Positions 29,734-39,955 of a DNA stretch of 64,000 nucleotides are shown here, in pieces (positions within the stretch are counted from its first letter, which is position 1; every line of letters starts with the position of its first letter). Both the position numbers and the translations under genes were made by a program. The stretch is taken from positions 55,162-119,161 of the IMG/VR virus record IMGVR_UViG_3300044946_000175; one strand, written 5' to 3'. The notes beneath the pieces were generated by a model. The model was not told where the DNA came from. It did not search any database and saw nothing but the letters and a program-made list of their open reading frames with translations. This stretch comes from a virus.

Positions 29734-30990
29734 GTGAGCAATTCTAATCCGCTTTGCCTTTTCGATCAACCCAATCCAGAAAAAGAATTTACTCAAGAAG
29801 AACTCCACGAGATACGAGGCAGCGGTATCGACTGGGAACCGAAAATACAATTTTCTTTTTCGTCTTTGAGGCAGAACGAAGAATTGCAAAATATGATCCA
29901 AACAATCCGAGACGGTGGGAACTGGTTTATGGTGCCTCGATGCTTCACCAAGATCATGTCCATCGAAGCGTCTTTTGTCCTTGGATCTCTTATCAATCTC
30001 GGAGCAAATAAATCGACCAAAGAAGGGTGGATTGTCTGCACTCGCGAATTCTTGAAAGATGAACTTAACATCACAAAGCATACCCAAAATCGTATATTCA
30101 AGGAGCTACAAAGACTCGGACTCATCAGTATTCGAATGGACAAAGCACACCACTTTCGTCTAATTCACATCGACGTTTTGAAGATATTCGAGCGACTGGA
30201 GGAGTTAGGCTTGGCCGTAATAGAGGACGAGGCTCGTCCGCAAACCAGGATGAGCTTGGCCGCAAACGCGGACGAGGCGGCTACGAATTCGACCATCGAA
30301 GCAGATAACCTCGTCCGCAAACCAGGACGAGCTAACGACCACCACGACCGCAAACCCGGACGAGGCTCGTCCGCAAACCAGGACGAGCTAACGACCACCA
30401 CGACCGCAAACCCGGACGAGGCTCGTCCGCAAACGCGGCCACTATTAAGTATAAGGGAAGAAGTAAAAAATGAAGAAAAAGGAAAAGGAGGAGGAAAAGT
30501 CGCTCCTTCTCCTTCATCTTTTTCTCATCTTTCTGACAAACCTAAACAGCCCGCATCCAACGATCCGTCCAGCGAAGAAGCAGAGAAGAGGAAGGAGGCT
30601 TCGCCCTCCTCTCTCTCGTCTCTTTCAGAGCTTGCCTCTCGTATGTCTGAGATACGTCAGCGCTTTGGTATACCCGAACCACTCGATATGGATTGGAACT
30701 CGATTGTAGCCAAACTGGACAGGGCAGCGGCCAAACGACCTGACTTGTTTGCGCTACCCGAGGAAGTAGAAACCTCGACTCCTCCTCTTACGGCCAAACA
30801 AATGTGGGATATGTTACCAAACACAAAATACCTGGAGACTGGCGAGTTACCGGAAGAAGAGCAAATGCCCGAACCCGAATATGGTCCACCGCGTTATCAG
30901 AAGAAAGAGAGACCGTACGTTGATGTGGATGGGATCGTGGGGAAGGTATTCAAGAAGAACGGAGAACTCCGTCACCCCAAGAGGGAATAA
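29734..30990 (+). CDS. replication initiator-like protein (HTH) containing internal origin
   Basis: CTREFLKDELNITKHTQNRIFKELQRLGLI winged-HTH; internal DNA repeats as in lambda O-type genes. Confidence 0.65.
   Translation: MSNSNPLCLFDQPNPEKEFTQEELHEIRGSGIDWEPKIQFSFSSLRQNEELQNMIQTIRDGGNWFMVPRCFTKIMSIEASFVLGSLINLGANKSTKEGWIVCTREFLKDELNITKHTQNRIFKELQRLGLISIRMDKAHHFRLIHIDVLKIFERLEELGLAVIEDEARPQTRMSLAANADEAATNSTIEADNLVRKPGRANDHHDRKPGRGSSANQDELTTTTTANPDEARPQTRPLLSIREEVKNEEKGKGGGKVAPSPSSFSHLSDKPKQPASNDPSSEEAEKRKEASPSSLSSLSELASRMSEIRQRFGIPEPLDMDWNSIVAKLDRAAAKRPDLFALPEEVETSTPPLTAKQMWDMLPNTKYLETGELPEEEQMPEPEYGPPRYQKKERPYVDVDGIVGKVFKKNGELRHPKRE
30225..30535. repeat. iteron array and purine/pyrimidine-asymmetric tract (putative ori)
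   Basis: 56-nt period (30310, 30366, 30422), core CCGCAAAC..GGACGAG, followed by A-rich then T/C-rich tract. Confidence 0.75.
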
Positions 30991-31069
30991 GGTCGATTTC
31001 CAAAAAATTCCGCAACCGACACGCCGCATCTCGTCGAATCAGGCGATATTGTAAATAAGGGGATTGGTT

Positions 31070-31558
31070 ATGTCGGAACGTCATCCACTCGACATTGGCG
31101 AGAATTTGTGGGAGGAATGGAAGCGGCAGCAATCTTTGACGCGAGCAGCAGGACGAGCGAAGGCCGATGCCAAGCATGCTTTGTCTCAGGCCAAGGCGCA
31201 GTTGAAGGTGTTGGGCGCGAGGCTCAAACTGAGGATTCGTACCGACCCAAAAGAATTCGGCCTCGATAAGATCACCGAAGATGCAGTGAAGAGCGCGATG
31301 GAAGTGAGTGGCGAATATCGCGAGATGGAGGCCAAGATTCGTCGCTTGGAGTGGGAAGAGGATATCTGTTCGGTGGAAGTATCGGCGAACGTGGATCGTC
31401 GTAAGGCGCTGGAGAACATGGTGCAATTGCTCTCGATTGAGTACCATAGCGAACGCGAACCAAGACCGCTCTCGCCTGCTGCCGCCGAAGAGTTGAGGAA
31501 TCGACAGAAGCGAGTTGTGCGGTCGGTGATCGATGAGCATGAAATCGAACGAGATTGA
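31070..31558 (+). CDS. coiled-coil protein, possibly UvsY-like recombination mediator
   Basis: helical, FGLDKITEDAV motif, near SSB and RecA. Confidence 0.45.
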   Translation: MSERHPLDIGENLWEEWKRQQSLTRAAGRAKADAKHALSQAKAQLKVLGARLKLRIRTDPKEFGLDKITEDAVKSAMEVSGEYREMEAKIRRLEWEEDICSVEVSANVDRRKALENMVQLLSIEYHSEREPRPLSPAAAEELRNRQKRVVRSVIDEHEIERD

Positions 31559-31748
31559 TTGAAATCCCTTGCAAGGGGTAGTGGGAACTGGCGCGGATGC
31601 TCAGGCAGAAGCGAAATACTACTACCAGCCCACGAGGACGGGAACTGGCGGTTGGATGGGGACAACAAACCCGGACATCGAAATTACTTACCAGCCCGTC
31701 TTTTACTATTTAAACTTTTGCCTTTTAATCCTTGGGGTTGAAGTGACG

Positions 31749-32063
31749 ATGAAAGCCATACCTGATGTTGTCATTTGTGGCCGAACGGAACAGATAAATG
31801 AGATCGGATCGACCGAGGTTTCTGCGCCACTAGGTCAGACAGGTTTGTACTCGACAAAAGACGGGTCGCGACATCCCGGCGCTGCGTTTTGGTTGTCTGC
31901 TGTGCTTGATCCTGGATTTGATGGATTAAAAGAACCCTGCGTGGTGCGGTTTGCTGCATTTGAAGGTGATGTTGAGCAAATCAAGAAGCAATTTGGTTTG
32001 ATAATCGACGAGCTTTATAACAATTCCGGCAATTGGGAGAATCGGAATTTGATCGAGACTTGA
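31749..32063 (+). CDS. hypothetical protein
   Basis: 104 aa. Confidence 0.5.
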   Translation: MKAIPDVVICGRTEQINEIGSTEVSAPLGQTGLYSTKDGSRHPGAAFWLSAVLDPGFDGLKEPCVVRFAAFEGDVEQIKKQFGLIIDELYNNSGNWENRNLIET

Positions 32064-32127
32064 TCAGCAGTTTACTACTTCACTACTTGAGCTTTTGCCT
32101 TTTAACCTTTTTATTTTTGAGGAAAAC

Positions 32128-33417
32128 ATGACTGAACGACGAAGAATGTCCCGAGAAGAATTTGACGTGGAAGATACATCTAAGCGGAGCGCCATGCACG
32201 GCACCGGGAAGCAGTCGCTGACGCTGCCTCCAGGTTTGTCCATGTGGCGTGCCTTCAAGGAGGGCTCGCGCAACATTGACATCATTCCGTTCAAGGTGAC
32301 GGAAGAGATTCTGAGGTTTTCGGAGAAACTGCGGTTCGCATCGCCTGGTAAGTGGTACGGTGAGTGCTCCTACTGGGCGCACGGCCAGATTGGCGTGAGT
32401 CCGGAACAGTACACCTGTCCCGCGCGGACGTTTGGCCTGAAGTGTCCGATCTGTGAGGACGTGAGCGAGCTATACCAGTCGCCTCACAAGGACGATCAGA
32501 AAAAGGCTGGGAAGCTGAAGGCAAAAGATCGCCAACTCTTTTTGATCTACGACCACGAGCAGAAGGAACGTAGTGTTCAACTCTGGGAAGTGGCCAATTG
32601 GAACTTCGGCAAGCACCTCGACAAGTTCGTGGAGGGCGCTCGCGCGCAGGACAAGGAGAGCTATCGGCGATACTTCCATCCGTATGATGGCTACACAATC
32701 CGCATCACCGCATCGCCGGAAGTGATCGAGGGGGGGAAGCCGAACACGATCTGGACTCCACACGCCTTTTACAAGCGGGACGAGGACCTGCCTGAGTCGA
32801 TCATCATGCATGGGTATGATCTGCACTCAATCGTTCGCTGCCTCTCCTACCATGACCTGGATGCGATTTATCGCGGTGAGGTGGACGTGCAGGAAGATGA
32901 CGACAACACGCCTCCTACCGGCAGAACTCGCGATCCCGAGCGTAACAGAACGCCAGATCGTGAACGGGAGAGAATCCAGACTCGTTCTGAGCCGGAGAAA
33001 CCTCGTGAGGAGCAGCGTCGGGAACCCGAGAAGACTCGTGAGCCCGAGAAGGCGCGTGAACCGGAACGTCAGAAGGAGCCCGAGAAACCGGCCCCAAAGA
33101 AAGAAGAGAAGGTCGAATTCGGCGAGAAGGATCTCGTGTCGTTCATGTTCATGGATCGCCGGATTGAAGGCATCATCGAGGATGTGGATCGCAAGGCGGG
33201 AACGGCGAGCGTCAAGGTCGATGGCCAGAAACGTCCGCTAATTTTTGAGTTCGAGGAGTTGACGCTTGTGGTCAAGAGCGATCCTTCATTCAAGTTGACG
33301 GACACACTCAAGGACGACCCTGCCGCTTCCGATCCGAAGGACGGCAAGTCATCCAGACAAAGCGATTGGGATACAGAAGAAGACAATCGTGTAAAGGAGC
33401 CGAAGAAACGGAAGTAG
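32128..33417 (+). CDS. gp32-like single-stranded DNA-binding protein
   Basis: IDIIPF...YWAH...TCP..TFG..CPICE; charged repetitive linker; acidic tail. Confidence 0.7.
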   Translation: MTERRRMSREEFDVEDTSKRSAMHGTGKQSLTLPPGLSMWRAFKEGSRNIDIIPFKVTEEILRFSEKLRFASPGKWYGECSYWAHGQIGVSPEQYTCPARTFGLKCPICEDVSELYQSPHKDDQKKAGKLKAKDRQLFLIYDHEQKERSVQLWEVANWNFGKHLDKFVEGARAQDKESYRRYFHPYDGYTIRITASPEVIEGGKPNTIWTPHAFYKRDEDLPESIIMHGYDLHSIVRCLSYHDLDAIYRGEVDVQEDDDNTPPTGRTRDPERNRTPDRERERIQTRSEPEKPREEQRREPEKTREPEKAREPERQKEPEKPAPKKEEKVEFGEKDLVSFMFMDRRIEGIIEDVDRKAGTASVKVDGQKRPLIFEFEELTLVVKSDPSFKLTDTLKDDPAASDPKDGKSSRQSDWDTEEDNRVKEPKKRK

Positions 33418-33451
33418 CAATGGAACCATTACGATACCTTTTAGGTTTTAT

Positions 33452-33961
33452 TTGATGGACGCTTTTGAAAAGAAAATTCTCGGCATCGTTCCTTTAGAAA
33501 AGCCGCAAGAGCGCCCAATAGCTAAGCGTTTCTGGTCTCGCGTTCGAAAAACTTCTAAGTGTTGGATATGGACCGGGACCAATCTGGGAGAGAAGAAAAA
33601 ATACGGAGTAATGCGGGTCGGCGGAAAGTCGATGCGGGCACATCGTATTTCATGGGTTATTCACTTCGGGTCCATACCGTCTGGGATGTGTGTTTGTCAC
33701 AAATGCGACAATCCGGTTTGCGTTCGACCAGATCATTTATTTCTTGGAACTGATTTGGATAACGTGAAAGACAGAGACACCAAAGGACGTACTGCAAAAG
33801 GCGAAAGAGGCGGTAATGCTAAACTCACTGAGAGGCAAGTTGCCAAAATACGTAAGCGTTTAGCCAAAGGAGAATTGCATAGGGAAATAGCTAAAGCATT
33901 TGGAGTTGGGCGTTCTTTGATTGGATACATTGCACGGAATCAGCTATGGAAGGTGGTGTAA
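33452..33961 (+). CDS. HNH homing endonuclease
   Basis: CWIWTG...AHRISW...VCHKCDNPVCVRPDHLFLGT..DN; C-terminal HTH. Confidence 0.92.
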   Translation: MMDAFEKKILGIVPLEKPQERPIAKRFWSRVRKTSKCWIWTGTNLGEKKKYGVMRVGGKSMRAHRISWVIHFGSIPSGMCVCHKCDNPVCVRPDHLFLGTDLDNVKDRDTKGRTAKGERGGNAKLTERQVAKIRKRLAKGELHREIAKAFGVGRSLIGYIARNQLWKVV

Positions 33962-34551
33962 TGAACATGGAAGTATCTAAATTTCCTTTGCAATGGCCTG
34001 AGAACAATTCGCGGACTCTTTCACGGGAGAGCCCGCGATTCAAAACTAATTCATTTGCCGCCGAGCGCGATCATTTACTTGCCGAACTCGGCAGATTAAA
34101 GGCCAAACAGGTAATCATCTCGTCGAACATACTTCTTCGACAGGATGGTCTGCCTTACTCTGGACAAAGACAACCGACCGATCCCGGCGTGGTGGTCTAC
34201 TTTCAAAGACAAGGAAGAGATTTGTGTCTGGCGTGCGACCGATGGAGCAAAGTCGAAGATAATGTGCGGGCTATTGCGGACGCAATTGAGTGTATTCGTA
34301 TGATCGAGCGTCGCGGCACCGGGCAGATGGTGGATGCTGCCTTCTCCGGATTTGCGCAACTTCCACCCAAGAAGGAGGATATTCCGTGGACCGAGGTTTT
34401 TGATCTATCTCGTGATTGTTCGACGCATATTGTTCAAGAGACATGGAAGCGAATGGTGTTACTGAACCATCCTGATCGAGGCGGCAGTGTTGAGAAGATG
34501 GCAGAGATTAATGCTGCATTCGACCGGTTCAAGAAAGAACGAGGATTGTAG
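33961..34551 (+). CDS. phage J-domain (DnaJ) protein
   Basis: PLQWP...DPGV.VYF...ACDRW..V.DN; C-terminal HPDRGG. Confidence 0.88.
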   Translation: MNMEVSKFPLQWPENNSRTLSRESPRFKTNSFAAERDHLLAELGRLKAKQVIISSNILLRQDGLPYSGQRQPTDPGVVVYFQRQGRDLCLACDRWSKVEDNVRAIADAIECIRMIERRGTGQMVDAAFSGFAQLPPKKEDIPWTEVFDLSRDCSTHIVQETWKRMVLLNHPDRGGSVEKMAEINAAFDRFKKERGL

Positions 34552-34552
34552 T

Positions 34553-35671
34553 GTGGCGAAGAAGGACATAGACAAACTGGCTGAACAACTGAGCCAGTCC
34601 ACTCCGCGCCAGCCGATCATACCCGATAGTGAGATGCTATCTGCGGGATGTACGCTTCTTAATCTTGCCTTTTCAGGACGACCTAACGTTGGAATTCCAT
34701 GTGGGAACTATGTATTTATCTTTGGGGGATCGGGGAGTACAAAAACTTGGTCGGGTTTTACGTGGTTCGCCGAAGCCTCGCGCAACAAACATTTCAATGA
34801 TCACAGGTTTGTTTTTGATAATGCCGAGAACGGAGCGCTTTGGGACACGGAGCGGTTTTTCGGGGCGAGTGTGTACGAGCGACTGGAGCAGCCGTACAAG
34901 AACGTACGAGGGAGCGGGTCGGTAGAGGAGTTTTATTACCATCTGGCGATTAACTGCGAGAAGGGTCCTTGTATTTATCTACTCGATTCAATGGATGCTT
35001 TGAATCCGGATGTAGCGAATGAGATTTGGGAGGCCAAGCTGGAGAAGTACCAGACCGGCAAAGGCAAAGTCGCGGGGTCGATGGGAATGGATAAAGGCAA
35101 AGTGAACTCACAGAACATCAATCGAATGGTGATGGATCTATATAAGAGCAGAAGCATCCTTATTATCATTGGTCAGTATCGCAGTAAGCCGGGTGGGTAT
35201 CCAGGACAGAAAGCGGTGAGTGGAGGACTTGCACTTCGGTTTTATGCCCACATACGAGCTAGTTTGGAGGCAAAGGAAAGCATCACAAAGACATACTTGA
35301 AGAAAGAAAGAAATGTTGGTTCTCGTATTCAGGTGGATGTGGAAAAGAATCGCGTGTGCGGATGGGAAGATCGGATCTCGTTGGAGTTCCTGAAGAACTA
35401 CGGAGTCGATGACATCGGAACATCTGTTCAATGGTTGCTGGATGAGTTTTATTGGACCACTCCGGAGAGGAGAAAGAAGGCAGCATATGACGATGATGAA
35501 GTAGCGAAGTTGTTTGCTGCTCCGGAATTTGAATTTGAAGGCAAAAAAGAAAAGCTCATCGAGTTGATTCAAGACAAGTCACTGGAGTGGGAGCTTCAGC
35601 AATTGGTTGCGAAGGTCTGGCGAGGAATCATCGATGGCGCAACGCCGAATCGGAAACTTAAGTACAGGTGA
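34553..35671 (+). CDS. recA: RecA/UvsX recombinase
   Basis: GGSGSTKT, DNAE, LLDSMDAL, GGLALRFYA, KNRV. Confidence 0.85.
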   Translation: MAKKDIDKLAEQLSQSTPRQPIIPDSEMLSAGCTLLNLAFSGRPNVGIPCGNYVFIFGGSGSTKTWSGFTWFAEASRNKHFNDHRFVFDNAENGALWDTERFFGASVYERLEQPYKNVRGSGSVEEFYYHLAINCEKGPCIYLLDSMDALNPDVANEIWEAKLEKYQTGKGKVAGSMGMDKGKVNSQNINRMVMDLYKSRSILIIIGQYRSKPGGYPGQKAVSGGLALRFYAHIRASLEAKESITKTYLKKERNVGSRIQVDVEKNRVCGWEDRISLEFLKNYGVDDIGTSVQWLLDEFYWTTPERRKKAAYDDDEVAKLFAAPEFEFEGKKEKLIELIQDKSLEWELQQLVAKVWRGIIDGATPNRKLKYR

Positions 35672-35674
35672 AAT

Positions 35675-36022
35675 ATGACGGGTTTTGAGTGGTTTTTGGT
35701 GACTGTTTTGGTGGGGATGTTTATCTTGACCATTCTCAGTAACGGAGCGGCGTATCGTAACGGGGTGACTGACGGTTACGGGTATTCCAAGGAGCCTTCT
35801 TGTCCTGGATACAGGGCGGCTGGTGAGTACCTTGTCAAGTACATGAGTCATCGCTGGCCGGAACTGAAAGCATGCACGTACGTGTTTCCGGTTCCTGGTG
35901 GAGTAGAGGTGGCTGTGTGTGATTGCGATACAGTGCCAGGCGAAAAGAGAGTTCTTGTGCCTGCCGGTCAGATGGTCTATGTTTGTGGTAGGTGCCGTGG
36001 AGCGAAAATTTACAAAAAGTAG
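35675..36022 (+). CDS. membrane-anchored hypothetical protein
   Basis: N-terminal TM; YRNGVTDGY. Confidence 0.55.
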   Translation: MTGFEWFLVTVLVGMFILTILSNGAAYRNGVTDGYGYSKEPSCPGYRAAGEYLVKYMSHRWPELKACTYVFPVPGGVEVAVCDCDTVPGEKRVLVPAGQMVYVCGRCRGAKIYKK

Positions 36023-36042
36023 CATTTTCAAGGAGTAATACT

Positions 36043-36237
36043 ATGCTTGTGTTGACCAGGAAATTGCATGAACAAATTGTCATCAACGGCAATATCACTG
36101 TAACTGTAATCGAAATAGATCGTAATAAGATTCGTCTGGGGATTTCATGTCCTAAAGAAATTCCGATTTTTCGTCGCGAGCTACTGGACCAAGAGGGCAA
36201 ACCATTAACTCCTCCAAAGGATTCTAGTGATAGCTAA
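36043..36237 (+). CDS. csrA: carbon storage regulator CsrA
   Basis: MLVLTRK..EQIVI..NITVTVIEI.RNKIRLGI..P.EIPIFR.EL; AAGGAG RBS. Confidence 0.95.
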   Translation: MLVLTRKLHEQIVINGNITVTVIEIDRNKIRLGISCPKEIPIFRRELLDQEGKPLTPPKDSSDS

Positions 36238-37072
36238 GGACTGGATCGTCTGTGATGTGCATCTACTCGTTTGGAGAGAGTTCTATGCCTCTGCCAAATC
36301 CGATCCTATGGCGTCCATTGTCGGAATGCTCTCGCGCCTGAGTGGCTTTGTAGAGAGGTTCGGCACGCGGCACATTGTTTTCTGTCTTGACACTCCGCCG
36401 TATACTCGCCTGAAGTTATTTCCGGATTACAAAAAGAAGAAACCAAAAGAGCAGGAACTTCAAGAGGCTCTGGATGTAACGACCAAACGCATCTATCAAC
36501 TTCGCGAGATTCTGCCGGAACTGGCCTTTAAGAACGTCTTGCACGAAGAGGGACTGGAAGCCGATGATATGATGGCTCGCGTCGCGACTGGACTCGCTGG
36601 CGAGGACCGCGTCATTCTTATTTCAGAGGATCAAGACCTCTATCAACTCTTGTCGTGGAGGTGCGCGGTCTACCATCCCCGGAAGCAGGAATTTGTAACC
36701 GCCAAATCTTTCAAGAAAGAATACGATATCCCGCCGAACTGGTGGACGGCGGTGAAATCGATTGTGGGGGATGAATCGGACAACCTGCCGGGCGTGCCGG
36801 ATGTCGGTATCAAAACGGCGATCAGTTTCATGCACAGTACGCTCAGCACGAAGTCCAAGCGCCGAGCGGATATCCAGAAATGGATTACGTCAGAGGAATA
36901 CAAGACAAATTTGAAATTGGTCACGCTGCCTTTTTCTGGCGAGCCGATTCATCTTTTTGAGGATAATGCATTCAGCAACGACCTCGTGGGGCGATACTGT
37001 AAGGTAGCGGGAATTGCTCCGCCGATGACGATGGAAGACCACAAGCGTGAAGTGAGAGGAGGCGGGTTGTGA
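36227..37072 (+). CDS. 5'-3' exonuclease (FEN/PolA N-terminal type)
   Basis: R.KLFPDYK, EADD, SEDQDLYQL, GDESDNLPGVPDVGIKTA. Confidence 0.92.
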   Translation: MIAKDWIVCDVHLLVWREFYASAKSDPMASIVGMLSRLSGFVERFGTRHIVFCLDTPPYTRLKLFPDYKKKKPKEQELQEALDVTTKRIYQLREILPELAFKNVLHEEGLEADDMMARVATGLAGEDRVILISEDQDLYQLLSWRCAVYHPRKQEFVTAKSFKKEYDIPPNWWTAVKSIVGDESDNLPGVPDVGIKTAISFMHSTLSTKSKRRADIQKWITSEEYKTNLKLVTLPFSGEPIHLFEDNAFSNDLVGRYCKVAGIAPPMTMEDHKREVRGGGL

Positions 37073-37329
37073 CGCTCGACGAAATCAAAAAAGAAGCGTA
37101 CGATTTATACATGACATCCAAGTCTGTCTGGACGGAGGATGAGTGCACGCGGCATTTGCCGGGACATATGACGCTTGGTATGGCCATCAAACAGCACACA
37201 GGAAAAGATTATCTGGAAGCTGAATTGCAGGTAGACTACGGCGACCACTTCGTTAAATTTTGCGAGGGTGGTTGGATTGAAGTGATTGCTTTTGATTGCG
37301 ACTCTCTCCACAAATTGGAAACGATATGA
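37069..37329 (+). CDS. hypothetical protein
   Basis: 86 aa, coupled. Confidence 0.55.
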   Translation: MTLDEIKKEAYDLYMTSKSVWTEDECTRHLPGHMTLGMAIKQHTGKDYLEAELQVDYGDHFVKFCEGGWIEVIAFDCDSLHKLETI

Positions 37330-37598
37330 CCGACGAAGAAACCAAAGAACGAGAACAGCAGGTCAAACGCGAACTCCGCGAGAAACTTGCCGGTCTGTTT
37401 CGGTCATGGGCGGTGATGGCGGAAAAGAGTGATCAGTGGGATCATGTACAAGATACTCATGGCGCAAAGATACACAGTGCGGCATTGACTGAAGATGTGG
37501 GGATCATGCTGAGAGTCGATACTCGATGGCTTTGTTTTCAGGTTACCATCAAAAGACCAGTAGGAGCAGAACCATGTCCACCGAACCCGACTGGTTAA
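37326..37598 (+). CDS. hypothetical protein
   Basis: 90 aa, coupled. Confidence 0.55.
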   Translation: MTDEETKEREQQVKRELREKLAGLFRSWAVMAEKSDQWDHVQDTHGAKIHSAALTEDVGIMLRVDTRWLCFQVTIKRPVGAEPCPPNPTG

Positions 37599-38107
37599 TA
37601 CGAGGGAGGGCTGATGGGAGCATCGTCGAGAAACCGACCCTGGGCGAATCTCTGGCCAAGCTGACCTCTGTTTCTTCTCCCGATGCATCAGAGAAGAAAA
37701 GCAAAAAAGCCGTCCTGTTGCCTCACCAGAGACTCGGGACGGGTAAATGGCAGGTTGGAGTGGAGGTAGTAAATGAGAGTAATCTGCGGGATTGGAAGGG
37801 CCGCAATCGACGTGCTGGAGCGGTATGGAAAGCAGTGAGGGAGGCAGTGACTTTGCTGGAGCTTGTTGCGTTTGAACTGCGATTGAGGCACAGAGAACAT
37901 GTCTACGCACGATTTACACGCATCGGGCCTCGTATTGTTGATCGTCATATTAATCTTCCGGCTTGCTTCAAGGGTGTAGAGGATTGTGTGTGTTATCTTC
38001 TCGGTATAGATGACAGTAATCCACTCTGGCATCTGTACTTTGATCAACAAAAAGGCAAAGAAGTAGGCATTCTTATCGAATTGAGCTTCGAGAAATTCAA
38101 TGGCTAA
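37574..38107 (+). CDS. RusA-like resolvase (tentative)
   Basis: NL...FKGVED......GIDD pattern. Confidence 0.45.
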   Translation: MSTEPDWLIRGRADGSIVEKPTLGESLAKLTSVSSPDASEKKSKKAVLLPHQRLGTGKWQVGVEVVNESNLRDWKGRNRRAGAVWKAVREAVTLLELVAFELRLRHREHVYARFTRIGPRIVDRHINLPACFKGVEDCVCYLLGIDDSNPLWHLYFDQQKGKEVGILIELSFEKFNG

Positions 38108-38564
38108 AACCAAACGCAGGATCGGTGAACCAAAGAAGTCGATTCCCGAACATATAGAGAAACTGAAGAACCCCGGCACTGTCGATTCGGACTGGCCTGT
38201 GGGATGCGATCCTCGTCTGTTGCATGAGGAAGGTAGATTGCGTACTCCAGAGGGTATTCTGAGAGTTCCCGACAAGCTGCCGGGTCGTAACACGGAGTTC
38301 GTGGCGGAATACTGGCTCTTGTGGGCATATCGAGTGGAGTATGGATTCGACTGCATCACAGGAAAGGATCTGGAAGTGCAATTCGATTCCGTGACTGGAT
38401 ATCCTCTCACCAACGATCTGGAGGACGTGACGGTGGTGGAGGCGGAAGTGTGCTCGCAGTGCGGGTATCGAGCGCAGATACATCCAAAAGACGCACGCCG
38501 GATGGAATTGGAGTTGCGGGTATTATGCAATGGGAAGCGAGTCAAAGACGAGAAGGCAAACTAA
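38100..38564 (+). CDS. hypothetical protein
   Basis: 154 aa. Confidence 0.6.
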   Translation: MAKTKRRIGEPKKSIPEHIEKLKNPGTVDSDWPVGCDPRLLHEEGRLRTPEGILRVPDKLPGRNTEFVAEYWLLWAYRVEYGFDCITGKDLEVQFDSVTGYPLTNDLEDVTVVEAEVCSQCGYRAQIHPKDARRMELELRVLCNGKRVKDEKAN

Positions 38565-38578
38565 TCACTGAGGTTTTT

Positions 38579-38926
38579 ATGAAAATTTGGGCAAAGACTA
38601 AAGAATTTCAGGAAGGTAAGTACCTCGTGGTTCGCCGCGACGGTACAATTCCACACTGGCCGCATTTTGTAATAGGCGGAGATGATCCTAATGCGTCTGC
38701 TGCCCTTCGTGCATATGCAGATGAAGCAGAGAAGAACAAACTCGATCCTGAGTACGTGGCGAGTATTCGGGAACTGGCCGACGATTTTGAAGCCAGGGTG
38801 AAGGCAATCGCTAGTGGGGAAATGCAAGGCAAAGCCGATCCCGACGCTCCACCTCATCGCAAAGATAATCCAGCAATAATCGAGATGATGAGAGGTAACG
38901 GCGATCTGTCGGACTATAACAAATGA
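38579..38926 (+). CDS. conserved-type phage hypothetical protein
   Basis: GKYLVVRRDG...FV....DP.A.AAL.AYA. Confidence 0.65.
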   Translation: MKIWAKTKEFQEGKYLVVRRDGTIPHWPHFVIGGDDPNASAALRAYADEAEKNKLDPEYVASIRELADDFEARVKAIASGEMQGKADPDAPPHRKDNPAIIEMMRGNGDLSDYNK

Positions 38927-39174
38927 AGCTGAAAGACAAAATTATGATTGGTAAAGTCAGAGTCGAGATTGATGAGAGCTACAGCAACGGCTACAAGGAA
39001 GGCGCAGCCGATTGCTTGAAATGCATTTATGCTCTACTGGTGGCGGGTGACAAGGGAATGTTTCCCGCATTGGGTTTATTGACGGCCAGAGAGAAGGTAG
39101 CCTTGAACACAGCAATGCAGAAGATCAGAGACCACGTTCATTCCCCAACGGCGGATTCCAATGAGTCGGAATGA
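38923..39174 (+). CDS. hypothetical protein
   Basis: 83 aa. Confidence 0.5.
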   Translation: MKLKDKIMIGKVRVEIDESYSNGYKEGAADCLKCIYALLVAGDKGMFPALGLLTAREKVALNTAMQKIRDHVHSPTADSNESE

Positions 39175-39955
39175 TCCCCACGAACAGAAAATGCTGAACA
39201 TCCTGCGCAAGACCGATTGTTGGTCGGGCATACCTCTCTTGCGTACTGCTTTCAACAAAGGCAAATGGCGGATCTTCTACTGGTCCGCGCGGAGCATTCA
39301 TCGCCTTTTGGATCGACTTGAGAAGCGAGGACTTGCAGCATCGAAGTACGACTTTGTTCCAGTCGCTGGCGTGAAAGTGGCGAAGTTATTCTTTCGCATC
39401 AATGGCAGCGAGAATGAAAAGTGCAGTAATCAACTCAAGGACATCCGTCGCTCCGCCAAGACTCCACCGATAGGGGAGATCGTTCTCCATTGTGGCCACG
39501 TCGTGGGTGAATTTACTTTTTGGAACGTACCGGACGGAATGGATTTCATGTCTCCGGACGGCGAGATGGGCAGCGCCAAATGGATTATGGCGTGCAGGGA
39601 GTGTGACGAAGCGAGCAAGGACGATCCAAACCAATTGCGAGTCAAAGGTGACATAGAATGGAGTGAGAAATACGACGATATGACTAGCGACATCCTCTTG
39701 CAGCAGAAATGCCAGGCGCTCATTGCAGAGGTTCTGGAAAAAGTGCCAGAGGAGTATGAGTCACAACAAATCTACGTCGATCTGGACACCGACAATCCCA
39801 ACATGAAGACTGCTCAAGTGCTGGTGGTCATGGAGGATGGCAAGGGGTTTCTTTTGAAGAAGATCGATACACTGGAATTCGAAGAGACTCCAATTTTGGT
39901 GGAATTTAAAATGGAAGAAGGCAAGATCGTGATTGAGAAAATATCTACTACTTGA
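39161..39955 (+). CDS. multidomain protein with HCGH...CxxC domain
   Basis: central domain paralogous to 46151-46558. Confidence 0.65.
   Translation: MSRNDPHEQKMLNILRKTDCWSGIPLLRTAFNKGKWRIFYWSARSIHRLLDRLEKRGLAASKYDFVPVAGVKVAKLFFRINGSENEKCSNQLKDIRRSAKTPPIGEIVLHCGHVVGEFTFWNVPDGMDFMSPDGEMGSAKWIMACRECDEASKDDPNQLRVKGDIEWSEKYDDMTSDILLQQKCQALIAEVLEKVPEEYESQQIYVDLDTDNPNMKTAQVLVVMEDGKGFLLKKIDTLEFEETPILVEFKMEEGKIVIEKISTT

Noticed and set aside
32930-33110. REPEK-type repeats in the SSB linker
   Set aside because: In-frame low-complexity protein linker, not a DNA element
597-38545. Long minus-strand ORFs such as 597-1262, 5324-5971 and 37688-38545
   Set aside because: Antisense shadows of well-supported + strand genes, without motifs or RBS
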